Numbered from the stretch's first letter, positions 9,237 through 18,755 are shown. The stretch: DNA of 64,000 nucleotides from Candidatus Enteromonas sp. (GCA_034171505.1 JAXFGC010000004.1:15269-79268); one strand, 5' to 3'. Notes: generated from the letters alone by a model not told the origin. Program-made: numbers and translations.

Positions 9237-11090
9237 ATGAAGAAAACTCCCATCTCCCGTGCCTTCATCGCCATCGCCAGTTTCTTTATTGCGATGCCGC
9301 TTGTGGCTTGCGCATCGGACTTACCGAGTGGCATTTCAAGCGTGGAAGACACCCACATCAGCAGTTTCGTGGAGGACGTTTCGTATTCGGTATCCATTGA
9401 AGGAGGCGTCGAAGAAGGAACGACCGTAAAAGCCGACGAACTAACGGACGGCCAAAGGGAAGCGGCGCTTGACCTCATCGCCGAAGAAAACGTCGATACC
9501 GGTTCGGACACCTATGTCTTTGATATTTCCCTTTTCAAGGATGGAGTGGAAGTCCAACCGAGCGGCAAAGTCAAAGTGACCATCGCCATCCCGGGGATCG
9601 ACCTCGCGAAATCCTATACCGTCTTCCACATCAAAGACGGCGGGACCTATGAGAAAATCACCCCGGTCGTGGAAGAAGGCAAAGTCACATTTGAGACGAG
9701 CGGGTTTTCCACGTTTATCATCGCCCCGAACGCGGGAGGAAGCGAGGAAAGCTCCTCGAGCCTACCCCCGAAAGCCGAAGTCCTCGTCAGCATCAACATC
9801 CTCCCCCTCGCCGAATGCGGGACCCTCAAGGTCAACGGGGTCGTGATGGAAGGGGCCGCGAGCTACAAGACGACCCATTACGAGGGCGATGTCCTCACCG
9901 TCGAAGCCCTCCCAGCTTCCGGCAAACATTTCAAGCATTGGGCGGACGACAATGTCATCTCCAAGGACATCGTCTACGAATTCACCGTCGGGACGAAGGA
10001 CATCGCCTTCAGCGCCGTTTTCACCAAAGGGCATGAAGTCTCCTATATCGACATCACCGAAGAAGGGCACACTGAGAAATGCGATTATTGCTCCTATTCG
10101 GTCACCGTCCCCCACACCTATTCCATCGAAACGATCGAAGAAGAGGCCACTTGCTTGAAAGAAGGCTGGAAAGAGCTTGCCTGCGTTTGCGGGAAAGCCG
10201 TTTCTGAATCCATCCCTTTGGCCGACCACGCCTGGGAAGATGGGGCTTGTTCCGTTTGCGGGGAAATCCAGAATTACCTCCGTTGTGACATCACCGGCGT
10301 CGCCAACCCCGAGGGCGCTTATATCAAAATGGGCAAAATCTTCGCGGACAAAGTCTCAGACAGGAGCGTTTTGGCGAATTTGGAGATGATGCGCGACAAC
10401 CCGTGGCTTTCAAACTTCGAAGGATGGACCCCATTTGACTTCGGCGCCGGGGACACCGATTCCACCTATTACCGCGATTTCGTTTACCAAAACCAACGTT
10501 ACCGCTGCGTCTGCATCAAATCCTACCGTTTGGACAACGACGGCAAGCAATCCGCGAATTACTACGATTATTCTGAGACGTATTGGTTCTCGGAAAGAAG
10601 CGCCATGTGGCGGATCATCCGGGTCAACGATGGCAAAGCGTATTTGGTTTCCAAGAACATTTGGATTTCCCAGCGCTTCGCCGAATCCGACACCGGGGAA
10701 CTCACCTACCAAAATAGCTGGATCCGTTCTTGGATCCAAACTTGGCAATACGAATTGCTGAATGAGTCCCAAAGAGCCCTCTTGCAGCCAAACGAGGACT
10801 GCTTTGGAGACAAAATCTTCATCCCGAGCTCAGAGGAAATCAGCATCAACAACCCCATCGGATACGGCGGATTCCGTTATCCGGCTTGCCTTGGGGCTTT
10901 CTATGACAGCCTCCAAGGATACGGGGAAACTTATGGCCCGTATTGGCTCCGCGACCTTATCTCCGTCGGGGAGGATGGCAAGAATTACGTCGACTGCGTC
11001 AGTTCTCGTCCCCCTTTTGATGAAACGGCCAAATACTTAGCCAACAAGACTTATGTTGGGGTCGTTCCGGGCATCATCATCCAGCTGTAA
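9237..11090 (+). CDS. Surface lipoprotein with Cys-rich repeats and a DUF6273-like C-terminal domain
   Basis: AGGAGG lies 8 nt before ATG 9237. Signal peptide plus lipobox MKKTPISRAFIAIASFFIAMPLVAC. Four C-x-x-C pairs (CDYC..CLKE..CVCG..CSVCG). The C-terminal region (..IFIPSSEEI..YWLRD..VGVVPGIIIQL) recalls DUF6273. Confidence 0.75.
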   Translation: MKKTPISRAFIAIASFFIAMPLVACASDLPSGISSVEDTHISSFVEDVSYSVSIEGGVEEGTTVKADELTDGQREAALDLIAEENVDTGSDTYVFDISLFKDGVEVQPSGKVKVTIAIPGIDLAKSYTVFHIKDGGTYEKITPVVEEGKVTFETSGFSTFIIAPNAGGSEESSSSLPPKAEVLVSINILPLAECGTLKVNGVVMEGAASYKTTHYEGDVLTVEALPASGKHFKHWADDNVISKDIVYEFTVGTKDIAFSAVFTKGHEVSYIDITEEGHTEKCDYCSYSVTVPHTYSIETIEEEATCLKEGWKELACVCGKAVSESIPLADHAWEDGACSVCGEIQNYLRCDITGVANPEGAYIKMGKIFADKVSDRSVLANLEMMRDNPWLSNFEGWTPFDFGAGDTDSTYYRDFVYQNQRYRCVCIKSYRLDNDGKQSANYYDYSETYWFSERSAMWRIIRVNDGKAYLVSKNIWISQRFAESDTGELTYQNSWIRSWIQTWQYELLNESQRALLQPNEDCFGDKIFIPSSEEISINNPIGYGGFRYPACLGAFYDSLQGYGETYGPYWLRDLISVGEDGKNYVDCVSSRPPFDETAKYLANKTYVGVVPGIIIQL

Positions 11091-11197
11091 TCGTTAACAC
11101 ATCGAATTGGGCCGAGGCATTCGGCCCATTTCTTTTCTTTGCTGCTTGCCCGCCCAAAAGTTCTAAATATTAAGGATTACATCAGGTACTTGGCTAT

Positions 11198-11464
11198 TTG
11201 CTTTATCCTCGGGAAAAGAAGGTGGTAGACCTTTCTTTGCTTTCGGAATTTGATCCATACCTCACGGATTACGTCTATGGGAAACTCTATTCTGAACTTT
11301 CCAATCACGAGCAAACGATATTGCGTTCATTCCAAACTAGCGGGCCCGTCAAGATATCCGATTCGGTCCATCGATGCGGCTTAAACAACAAGTCCATTGG
11401 GGTTTACCGCGATCGTTTGATCAAGAAAAGGGTCGTATTCGCCTCATTTGACTTCCGCGTTTGA
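11198..11464 (+). CDS. Possible HTH DNA-binding fragment (sigma-70 region-4/LuxR-like)
   Basis: LSNHEQTILRSFQTSGPVKISDSVHRCGLNNKSIGVYRDRLIKK resembles an HTH. Short and isolated, so it may be a remnant. Confidence 0.3.
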   Translation: MLYPREKKVVDLSLLSEFDPYLTDYVYGKLYSELSNHEQTILRSFQTSGPVKISDSVHRCGLNNKSIGVYRDRLIKKRVVFASFDFRV

Positions 11465-11523
11465 ACGATTCGAAATAGCCTAGGAAATAAAAATGCGGGT
11501 ACCCGCAAAAAAATTTTCCTAGA

Positions 11524-11929
11524 AAGGCAAACGATGGAAATTCGAAGAGACGCATACCTAAATAAGCTAATCGCCAAAAAGAACAATCGGTTGATCAAAA
11601 TCCGAAAGCATAACGAAATCGATTTCGTCTGCAACCGCTGATCCAAACGTTATTGCATCCAATCCGCTTTGCAGCTTCATGACGAGAATAAAAAGCGCCA
11701 AGAAGAACGGCCGTTATTGTTAACCAAAGACGGATTCAAGCAGGTCATTATCACAAAGGACGCCTTGACCCCTCTTTATAACGAAGAGGGAATCCTCGTT
11801 ATGAATGTGTTTGATTTCCCGATGGATGAGGCGAGCCTTGATTATGGAACGGCGAATCTCGGAAGACGAGACACATGGTCAAATGTTTTTAATGAATTCA
11901 CATTTATACTAAATTTATACAAACTGTGA
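11524..11929 (+). pseudogene. Degraded AAA-ATPase (DUF4143-type) gene
   Basis: MEIRRDAYLNKLIAKKNNRLIKI.. is the characteristic N-terminus but stops after 34 aa. The C-terminal-like piece (..ILVMNVFDF..) is in a separate ORF at 11669..11929. The Walker region is missing. Confidence 0.35.
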
Positions 11930-12000
11930 GAATTCACTCTACTTTTATAGACAAGGCTTCCAAATTGAGCTTGGGGGTCAGAATGGAAAGAATTACTCAA

Positions 12001-12057
12001 CTTGTACAGGACAAGTACTGGTCAAGTAGTGAACAAGTCACTGGACAAGTAAAAACC
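12001..12057. repeat. Direct repeat copy 1 (cttgtacaggacaagtactgGtcaagtagtgaAcaagtCactggacaagtaaaa)
   Basis: About 55-bp unit containing the palindromes TGTACA and AGTACT. The second copy is at 12142-12221. Confidence 0.7.
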
Positions 12058-12141
12058 ATTATATTTGAGAAATTATTTCTAATTTGGCATCAAAAAGGCA
12101 AAAAATTAAAGTTTTTCGACAAAAATGAAAGCAAACAAGGA

Positions 12142-12221
12142 ACTTGTACAGGACAAGTACTGATCAAGTAGTGATCAAGTAGTGATCAAGTAGTGGACAA
12201 GTAACTGGACAAGTAAAACCC
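12142..12221. repeat. Direct repeat copy 2, with an internal triplication of the 11-bp unit gatcaagtagt
   Basis: acttgtacaggacaagtactgatcaagtagtgatcaagtagtgatcaagtagtggacaagtaactggacaagtaaaacc. Confidence 0.7.
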
Positions 12222-12373
12222 CTTTTTTCATATAAGGGCGGACATGACTGACTTTTCGCGAATAAAAGGAAAGAAGCCGTTTTCCGAAACCGTAAAGGCG
12301 GCGTAACAAAATTACCCGTGGACGTTTTTCGATGGCCTATATCCTAGCCGCATAACGGGAAAGGGAAACAATC

Positions 12374-12660
12374 ATGAAAACAAAACCTACCAAATTCGCC
12401 GCTTTCCTGCTTTTGTCTTTGCCGCTCGCCTCTTGCGCGGCGGGCGGTGAAGTCCCTGATGGCGGTACCCCCCTCTTCAGAATCTAGCAGCGCCCCGGCG
12501 GTGCGGCTCGTCCCGACCTTCGACTCGTTCGGGGAAGGACTCGCGTTAAGCGCCGCCATCGCCCATTATTACGATTTCGGAATGGGGCGAGTATAACAGC
12601 GGCCGCGTCGACCCAGATGTCGTATACAATGAAGCAAGGTGGGCAATTCCTTTGTTCTAC
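12374..12660 (+). pseudogene. Frameshifted lipoprotein gene remnant
   Basis: AAGGGA RBS, then MKTKPTKFAAFLLLSLPLASCAAGGEVPDGGTPLFRI*. The continuation SSSAPAVRLVPTFDSFGEGLALSAAIAHYYDFGMGRV* is in another frame. Confidence 0.45.
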
Positions 12661-12862
12661 CAAGAAACATAATTCCTCCTTTTAGATGAAAAATTATTCA
12701 CTGAAAAATAATTCATCTTAATTAAATATTGTTTTTATCGCTTCACAACGAATGAAAAGGAGATATGGGGAAACCCGATTCATCCGTTTGCAATCAATGG
12801 AAAACGGTTTTTGGATTACGACCCGAAATCAGGTATTTTCCGTTTGGGGCGGAAACGTCGCT

Positions 12863-14041
12863 TTATTTTGTGAGGTATTTCTGAAGGTCTTTGAGGTATC
12901 GGTCTTGGGATAGGTGTTCGAAATAATAATCGCGCCCATTCCGCCCGAATTCGGAATAATCCCCTTCGGCGAACTCGGTGATGATGCGGGCCAAACCGGC
13001 GGAATCTTCCGCTTCCACAACCATCCCAGCCCCGCATTCGCGGATGAAATTCGCACAGGATCCGGAAATCGCCCCGATGATGGGTTTGCCGCAGGCTAGG
13101 TAACTTTGGACTTTTCCTGGAATGGTCATCCTCGCGTAAGGCTTGTCTTCCAAAGTGACGAGCATCGCGTCGGCGAGGGAATAGAACTCCACCATTTTCT
13201 CTAACGGCTGCCGCCCGTGGAATATGACGTTGTCTAAACCGTAGTCGGCGACGAGTTTCTTCAGCTTCGGGCAAGCGGTCCCATCCCCGATGAAATGGAA
13301 GAGGAAACGCTTGTCGCCCTTTAGGATTCTCGCGGCTTCCACGATCGTGTCGCAGGATTGGGCGAGGCCGATGTTGCTCGCGAACATCAAATCGATGACC
13401 CCGTTGTCGACTTTCGGAAAAAGGGTTTGCTCGAAAATCGGGTCGGCGCATTGGGGCAGGTAATGGATGCTCAAATCCTTGCATCCCGGAAGGGAATGGA
13501 TGGCCTCTTTATGCTCTTTGGTCGATACCAAAATCTCGTCGCATCCGGAATAAATCTTCGCGGAGACTTTCTCGTAGTGCTTGTAAATCCAAGATTTCGG
13601 TGAAATCCCGCCCGCCAGAAGGCTCCCTGGCCAAAGGTCCATTTCGTACATCACGCAACGAACTTTGTTCTTTTTCGCGTATTTGATTCCCGGAATCGCC
13701 CCAAGTATCGGGGAGAGTTCGTTGATGAGAACGACGTCGAAATCCTTGTCGAGCTTTTTGGCGAGCTTCGAGGCAAAGAAAGGGAAGGAGTAGTAATTGA
13801 GCAATCGGAAAAAGACGTTGCGCCTGCGCCCAATCAATTTGGCTCGTACGATCTTGACCCCGTTTCGTTCCTGGACCCTGTTTTTGCCATGGCGGTATTC
13901 GGGGTAAATGGTCCCCTGGGGGTAATTGGGGAGCCCCGTGAGGACGGTGACGTCGTGGCCCCGCTCCACCAGCGTCTCGGCAATGTCGGTGATGCGAAAG
14001 TTTTCGGGCCAGTAGAATTGAGAGACGACGAGGATTTTCAT
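12863..14041 (-). CDS. Glycosyltransferase family 4 (WcaI-like)
   Basis: MKILVVSQFYWPENFRITDIAETLVERGHDVTVLTGLPNYPQG.. and C-terminal ..FIGDG..E(x7)E GT4 features. The track start is TTG at 14047; ATG 14041 is preferred. Confidence 0.8.
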   Translation of the reverse strand: MKILVVSQFYWPENFRITDIAETLVERGHDVTVLTGLPNYPQGTIYPEYRHGKNRVQERNGVKIVRAKLIGRRRNVFFRLLNYYSFPFFASKLAKKLDKDFDVVLINELSPILGAIPGIKYAKKNKVRCVMYEMDLWPGSLLAGGISPKSWIYKHYEKVSAKIYSGCDEILVSTKEHKEAIHSLPGCKDLSIHYLPQCADPIFEQTLFPKVDNGVIDLMFASNIGLAQSCDTIVEAARILKGDKRFLFHFIGDGTACPKLKKLVADYGLDNVIFHGRQPLEKMVEFYSLADAMLVTLEDKPYARMTIPGKVQSYLACGKPIIGAISGSCANFIRECGAGMVVEAEDSAGLARIITEFAEGDYSEFGRNGRDYYFEHLSQDRYLKDLQKYLTK

Positions 14042-14136
14042 AGCCAAAGAAGATTGTTATTACTATGGCACAAAACGCGCGTATGCGAAATGTGGGGAAG
14101 CGATTTTCCCATACTTTTTTCGCTTTCGGGAGTCCT

Positions 14137-16038
14137 TTATCGGGAATAGGAGGTTTTAAACTCCTCCCACGTCTTTTGGAGGAATTCCCCCAAAGCCTTG
14201 TCTTCGCAATAAATGAAACAGCCTTTGATGCCGCGGGTGAGGAGGATTTTATAGGCGTTTCGGATGAACGTCTCCGCTTTTTTGAGGTTCTCGGGGGTGC
14301 GACGGAATCCCGCGTTCATGTAGGTGTGGTCGCTTTCCGCGTGGTTCTCCACGTGGACGCGGGGTTTGGAAGAGGCGGCATCGAACATCAAATCTTTTCC
14401 GATGATGACCCCGATGTAATCGAATTCCACCCCTTGGGCAGAGAAGACGCATCCGCATTCATCGATGGAGTCCATTCGGGTCGCCCAAGTCTTGGTGTCC
14501 CTGTTCCAAGGCAATCCAACAGGCGTGACCACGGGATCGGAATTGTGTTCCCATTCGTAGCAATAGCCAGCGACGACTCTCGCTTTCTCTTCCCCGTTAT
14601 TGTGGCGTAAGACCTCTTGGTACATTTCTTTGGCATCCTCGTAAAAACGGAGGTCGTATTGGAAATGGAGGTGTTGGGTGTCGGGCTTTTTGCCGTGAAT
14701 CACGTAGTCCACGAAGGCGATGAACCCATCGCTTCCGTTGCAACGGAACTGGGTCTCCAAGGTGAATTCGGGTTTTTCGATAATCTCCGAGTGGTGACGT
14801 TCCGCGGATTCCTTAATGGCGGATATCGTTCCCGCATCCTTGTAGGTGACGAATTGTCCTTCGTCAATGAAGAACACGCTCACGAGGGCGGAATGGATGA
14901 TTTCGTCGAGGATTACTTTCCCGGCGACCGCCCCTTGGGTGGATTTGGTCAGTCGATGGGCCTCGTCGACCAGGACGCACTCGATTTCGTTTTCTTCTTT
15001 CGCGGTGGCGCTTTTGACCCAATTTCCGGAATAGGCGAGCAAAGAATCCACGCCTTTTGCGTCTTTATTTTGGCGGATTGCTTCCGCAAAAGCGTGCCGT
15101 ACGGAGGAGTTTTGCGCGAGATAAAAGGCTTTCCCGAGCTTTTTACAATAGATGGTTCCTAAGGCCTTTAACGCAACCAACGACTTCCCGGTTCCAGGTC
15201 CTCCGTTAATGATAAACGTGGCTTTTTTACGGGTGTGAATGCATTCTTGAATCTTCGCCATGATCGCGTTAAACACCACTTGTTGGGCGTCGAACAAGGC
15301 GAGGGAATCGTTATGGAGGATGAGGGAATTGACGTTATCCACCAACTGTTTGGTGGGGGCAATCGTGCTCGAATCCAAGCATTCGAAAATGGTCCCATCA
15401 TCGGGCTTCCTTAAGTAGGTCGTCACGAAATCCCGGAGGCGGCGGTTGTCCGTTTTGAGGAACGTTGGGGAAACGTCGAGCAACCCTTGGAAACGGGAAT
15501 CCGTTAAGGGATTGCCCTTTTCATCAAGGAAGTTATGGAGGAAAGAACAGGTGTGGATGTGGATGGGGTTATCCGCGACCACCGTATAGAAGTTCTCGAA
15601 CAATCTCCGATACCCCATCGCTTGTTCGGAGGGGTGAATGGTTTCCCGGACACACCCTTTGGCCACCAAAGCATCGAGATAAGTGATGTTCTCCGAGTTT
15701 TGGATTAAGGAGACGTTCCCGTTGGACCATTGCTTGAGTTCGATGATCACGAGGTTTTGGATACCCTCCTCATCGTATCCCGAAAGCATGAAGTCGATTC
15801 GGCATTTGTTGGAGGCGAAGATCACGTATTCAATCGCGCAGTAAAGATTTTGGTCGATGCGTCCCTCTCCAAACACGTTGGAGACCCGTTCCAAGGATTG
15901 GGAAAAGGCCCGGTCCTGACTGTCGCTGACGCCGATACCTTTCGCCAGGAGGTTTTGTCGCAGGATGGCGTTTAACACCCCGCGGTCCACGTGATCATTA
16001 AAAGTCGATAGCCTTTCGCAATAAACGAGATCTCTCAT
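14137..16038 (-). CDS. DUF2075-family nuclease/SF1-like ATPase (Nhi-like, putative anti-phage defense protein)
   Basis: N-terminal PD-(D/E)xK-like block RIDFMLSGYDEEGIQNLVIIELKQW. P-loop FIINGGPGTGKSLVA. Walker B VLVDEAHR. C-terminal motif-VI-like VFSAQGVEFDYIGVII. Total 633 aa. Confidence 0.75.
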   Translation of the reverse strand: MRDLVYCERLSTFNDHVDRGVLNAILRQNLLAKGIGVSDSQDRAFSQSLERVSNVFGEGRIDQNLYCAIEYVIFASNKCRIDFMLSGYDEEGIQNLVIIELKQWSNGNVSLIQNSENITYLDALVAKGCVRETIHPSEQAMGYRRLFENFYTVVADNPIHIHTCSFLHNFLDEKGNPLTDSRFQGLLDVSPTFLKTDNRRLRDFVTTYLRKPDDGTIFECLDSSTIAPTKQLVDNVNSLILHNDSLALFDAQQVVFNAIMAKIQECIHTRKKATFIINGGPGTGKSLVALKALGTIYCKKLGKAFYLAQNSSVRHAFAEAIRQNKDAKGVDSLLAYSGNWVKSATAKEENEIECVLVDEAHRLTKSTQGAVAGKVILDEIIHSALVSVFFIDEGQFVTYKDAGTISAIKESAERHHSEIIEKPEFTLETQFRCNGSDGFIAFVDYVIHGKKPDTQHLHFQYDLRFYEDAKEMYQEVLRHNNGEEKARVVAGYCYEWEHNSDPVVTPVGLPWNRDTKTWATRMDSIDECGCVFSAQGVEFDYIGVIIGKDLMFDAASSKPRVHVENHAESDHTYMNAGFRRTPENLKKAETFIRNAYKILLTRGIKGCFIYCEDKALGEFLQKTWEEFKTSYSR

Positions 16039-16200
16039 ATGCCCCTCAATCTAGAATCCAATCGTCTTGGATTCGATATAACACAAGTATAACACTTAAC
16101 TTGTTTTCTGTCGAAGAAATGGGGATTCTTGTGGATAAGAAAATGGGCAGGTCTAGCGCTTCCTGCCCTTATTCGAAATCGCGATTGGCTGGGGTGCCCC

Positions 16201-17247
16201 TTATTTTCGGTAATAGCGAATGCTGGAAGACTGCCCGATTTTGATGACTTTCCCGTCTTTTACCATTTTTGACAATACGAGTTCCACCGTTGAAGGCGAT
16301 ATGTCCGGTAGGATGTCGCAAACCTCTTTTTTCGAGATTGGCACGAGGGAATTGAGCACCGTGGCTTCGATCCTTCCGGCCTTATTGATTTTCTTGGAAT
16401 TGACCGTGGCGAACCGCTTATCGAGTTCCCGGTAGCAAGATAACAAAGTCATAAGGAAATTGGAGACAAAGAAAAAATAATCGTTTTTGTTTTCGTGCCA
16501 CCCAATGGAGGACTTCCGCAAGGCCTCATAATACAATCCCTTGTTCTTATTGATTTGTTCCTCGAAAGAAATGTATTTGCCGGCATCAAAGCCGTTCTTG
16601 TACAAAAGAAGCAAGGACAATAGTCTAGACATTCTGCCGTTTCCGTCGCTGAAAGGGTGGATGCACAAGAAATCGAGAATGACGCACGGGATTAAGAGAA
16701 GCGGATTGATTCCGGAATCATCCCGGGCATCCAAATACGCCAAAAGAAGCTGCCCCATCGCTTTTTCTGTTTCTGCTGCGGAAATCGGCTCAAAACGAAC
16801 GCGTCTTGTGCCGTCCGGACGAACCTCCATTATCACGTTATCATCGATTTTATAGTGGCCGGCAGCGTTTGGCTTCGATTGAAGCAGAAGGGTTTTGTGC
16901 AAATCCAAAATCGTCCTTTCGTCAAACGAAAGTCGATCGAATGCCCCGTGAATGAGATGGAGTGCATCTCGGTATCCGGCGATTTCTTGTTCGTTGTGAT
17001 TGAGGGGAGCGCTGTTCTCGTTGACGATTGCGCGAATTCTTTCATCGGTTGTGAGAATTCCCTCGATGGCGTTGCTCCCCCTTACGGATTGCACTATGGC
17101 GATCTTTTCAAGCTCTGAATAGACGTTGGCGAAATCTTTCTTCCGAGAGGCGTCTCTTTCCTTTAACGAATAGATGCCCGCGAATAGGTCAACGAAAGTC
17201 GCGGGGACGTTTCCGAATTTTAGAAAAGAGTAATCGAATGTTTTCAT
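16201..17247 (-). CDS. fic: Fic-family protein (class II, with N-terminal inhibitory motif and C-terminal wHTH)
   Basis: Canonical Fic motif HPFSDGNGRMSRLL. The (S/T)xxxE(G/N) inhibitory motif is present as SNAIEG around aa 60. C-terminal ..KKEVCDILPDISPSTVELVLSKMVKDGKVIK is wHTH-like. Confidence 0.85.
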   Translation of the reverse strand: MKTFDYSFLKFGNVPATFVDLFAGIYSLKERDASRKKDFANVYSELEKIAIVQSVRGSNAIEGILTTDERIRAIVNENSAPLNHNEQEIAGYRDALHLIHGAFDRLSFDERTILDLHKTLLLQSKPNAAGHYKIDDNVIMEVRPDGTRRVRFEPISAAETEKAMGQLLLAYLDARDDSGINPLLLIPCVILDFLCIHPFSDGNGRMSRLLSLLLLYKNGFDAGKYISFEEQINKNKGLYYEALRKSSIGWHENKNDYFFFVSNFLMTLLSCYRELDKRFATVNSKKINKAGRIEATVLNSLVPISKKEVCDILPDISPSTVELVLSKMVKDGKVIKIGQSSSIRYYRK

Positions 17248-17267
17248 AAAGGTGGTTGCCCTTTCTT

Positions 17268-17351
17268 CTCTGCATAAATTTTATGATATTTTATGCAAAG
17301 ATTCAATTTGTTTGTGCAATCCTCTGCATAATTTTTAGGATATTTTATGCA
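17268..17351. promoter_or_regulatory. Two 30-bp direct repeats, each bounded by the 8-bp inverted repeat TGCATAAA/TTTATGCA, in the fic promoter
   Basis: 17268-17297 is ctctgcataaattttatgatattttatgca. 17322-17351 is ctctgcataatttttaggatattttatgca (2 mismatches). They lie 20-105 bp upstream of the fic start on the minus strand. Confidence 0.6.
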
Positions 17352-17566
17352 GTGATGATGATGCGTATCCAATTATTGATTGGCCCTATTCCTTTACGTT
17401 TCGGGCGGATTGAACAATCTGTTGTTCGATCGTTCTCTTGCCGGAAGTCGATGAATAATGCGCGTTCAATTGTTGCAACTATAATTTTTTGTGCACGAAA
17501 ACGAATATACGCCCCCTCTATTTTTGAAAAAGAAAACCCCGTGGCGGATTGCCTCGGGGCGAAGAG

Positions 17567-18436
17567 TTATCGGACGGGCACGAATTCGATGTATCCGCGT
17601 TTTCCGATGGGTTCAAGCTGGATTCGCGGGTTAGAGGGGTCAAATTCCACCCCGAATAGGCTGGGGTCGCAATCTTTTTCCGCCTTCCACACTTCTTGAA
17701 TCGCCGCTTCGAAGTCCTCTTCCTCGAAGGGCTCCCCTTGGAACATTAGGTATTTACACTCGGGTAGTTCGATGAGGTCGAATCCTTCGGGGATGGGCCC
17801 GGAGTAGTCTAAGGGGACTTCCGCCCCTTGGACGTATACGCTCGTGCCTTCCGTCACGTATTGTTCGGGCAGCCAAAGGCAAACGGGTTCTCCCGAAATG
17901 GATTTGATGGAGGCGAGGATGCCCCAAACATCGCATCCGACTTCTTGGCAATAGGTCCAGTATTCGGTCGCTTGGATGCCCCGTTTGATGATGACTTTCC
18001 GTTCCGGCTTGTTGACCAAGGACAAATGAACCGGTTGGTTTTTCATTTCTTTTTTCTCCTTTCTTGGGTATTGGGTCACGATGTCGTAGGAGATAAACAA
18101 AGGAATCGGGAAGGGGGACAAGGCGTATTCCTTGGGGTTGCAGCCGTATTCCTTGTAAAAGGCGCGAGTGAAACCGTCCACGCTTTCAAAGCCCCAATTG
18201 GAGGCGACGTCGATGATCTTGACCTCGTTGTCCCTTAGTTCCAAGGCAGCCATCTTGAGCTTGGTTTTTCGGACGAACTCCGCGGGTGTCACGCCCAAAT
18301 ACTCAAGGAAAATGCGCCTGGAATACCAAAGGGAAAAGCAAGATACGGAAGACAAGTCGCGCAGGGAAATGGGTTCGCGGATGTGCGATAGGATGTAACG
18401 CTGCATCTTGGAAACGGCTTCGAGCTTTTGATCCAC
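17567..18436 (-). CDS. AraC-family transcriptional regulator with a GyrI-like effector-binding C-terminal domain
   Basis: N-terminal HTH_AraC (..LRDLSSVSCFSLWYSRRIFLEYLGVTPAEFVRKTKLKMAALEL..). The C-terminal half is GyrI-like. Confidence 0.75.
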   Translation of the reverse strand: MDQKLEAVSKMQRYILSHIREPISLRDLSSVSCFSLWYSRRIFLEYLGVTPAEFVRKTKLKMAALELRDNEVKIIDVASNWGFESVDGFTRAFYKEYGCNPKEYALSPFPIPLFISYDIVTQYPRKEKKEMKNQPVHLSLVNKPERKVIIKRGIQATEYWTYCQEVGCDVWGILASIKSISGEPVCLWLPEQYVTEGTSVYVQGAEVPLDYSGPIPEGFDLIELPECKYLMFQGEPFEEEDFEAAIQEVWKAEKDCDPSLFGVEFDPSNPRIQLEPIGKRGYIEFVPVR

Positions 18437-18755
18437 GCTGATACCTCTTTTCGACGAACAAAGAATACTAGGACGTCCTAAGCGAATTCTCGACTATTTT
18501 TGCTTTTTGATAAATAGGCAAAACAAAAAACGCGGCGAACCGCGTTTTGAGAATCGGAGAAGTTTTAAGCGGCTTTCTTATTCTTTTTCAAAAACAGCAG
18601 GAGAAGGAGGACGCTTATCCCCGCGGTGAGGAATTCGGCGATGACGAAACTCCACATGGGTCTTACGTTATCGAAGGATAACCACGCATCAGCCGATGAA
18701 TCTTACCCCGTTTGGGCTTGGTTTTTAAAAGGGAGAACTCGCAACAATCGGGGAT

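Noticed and set aside
12598-12611. Adjacent NotI (GCGGCCGC) and SalI (GTCGAC) sites, reminiscent of a cloning polylinker
   Set aside because: Short GC-rich sites occur by chance at this composition. No other vector sequence is nearby. Noted only as a possible assembly check.
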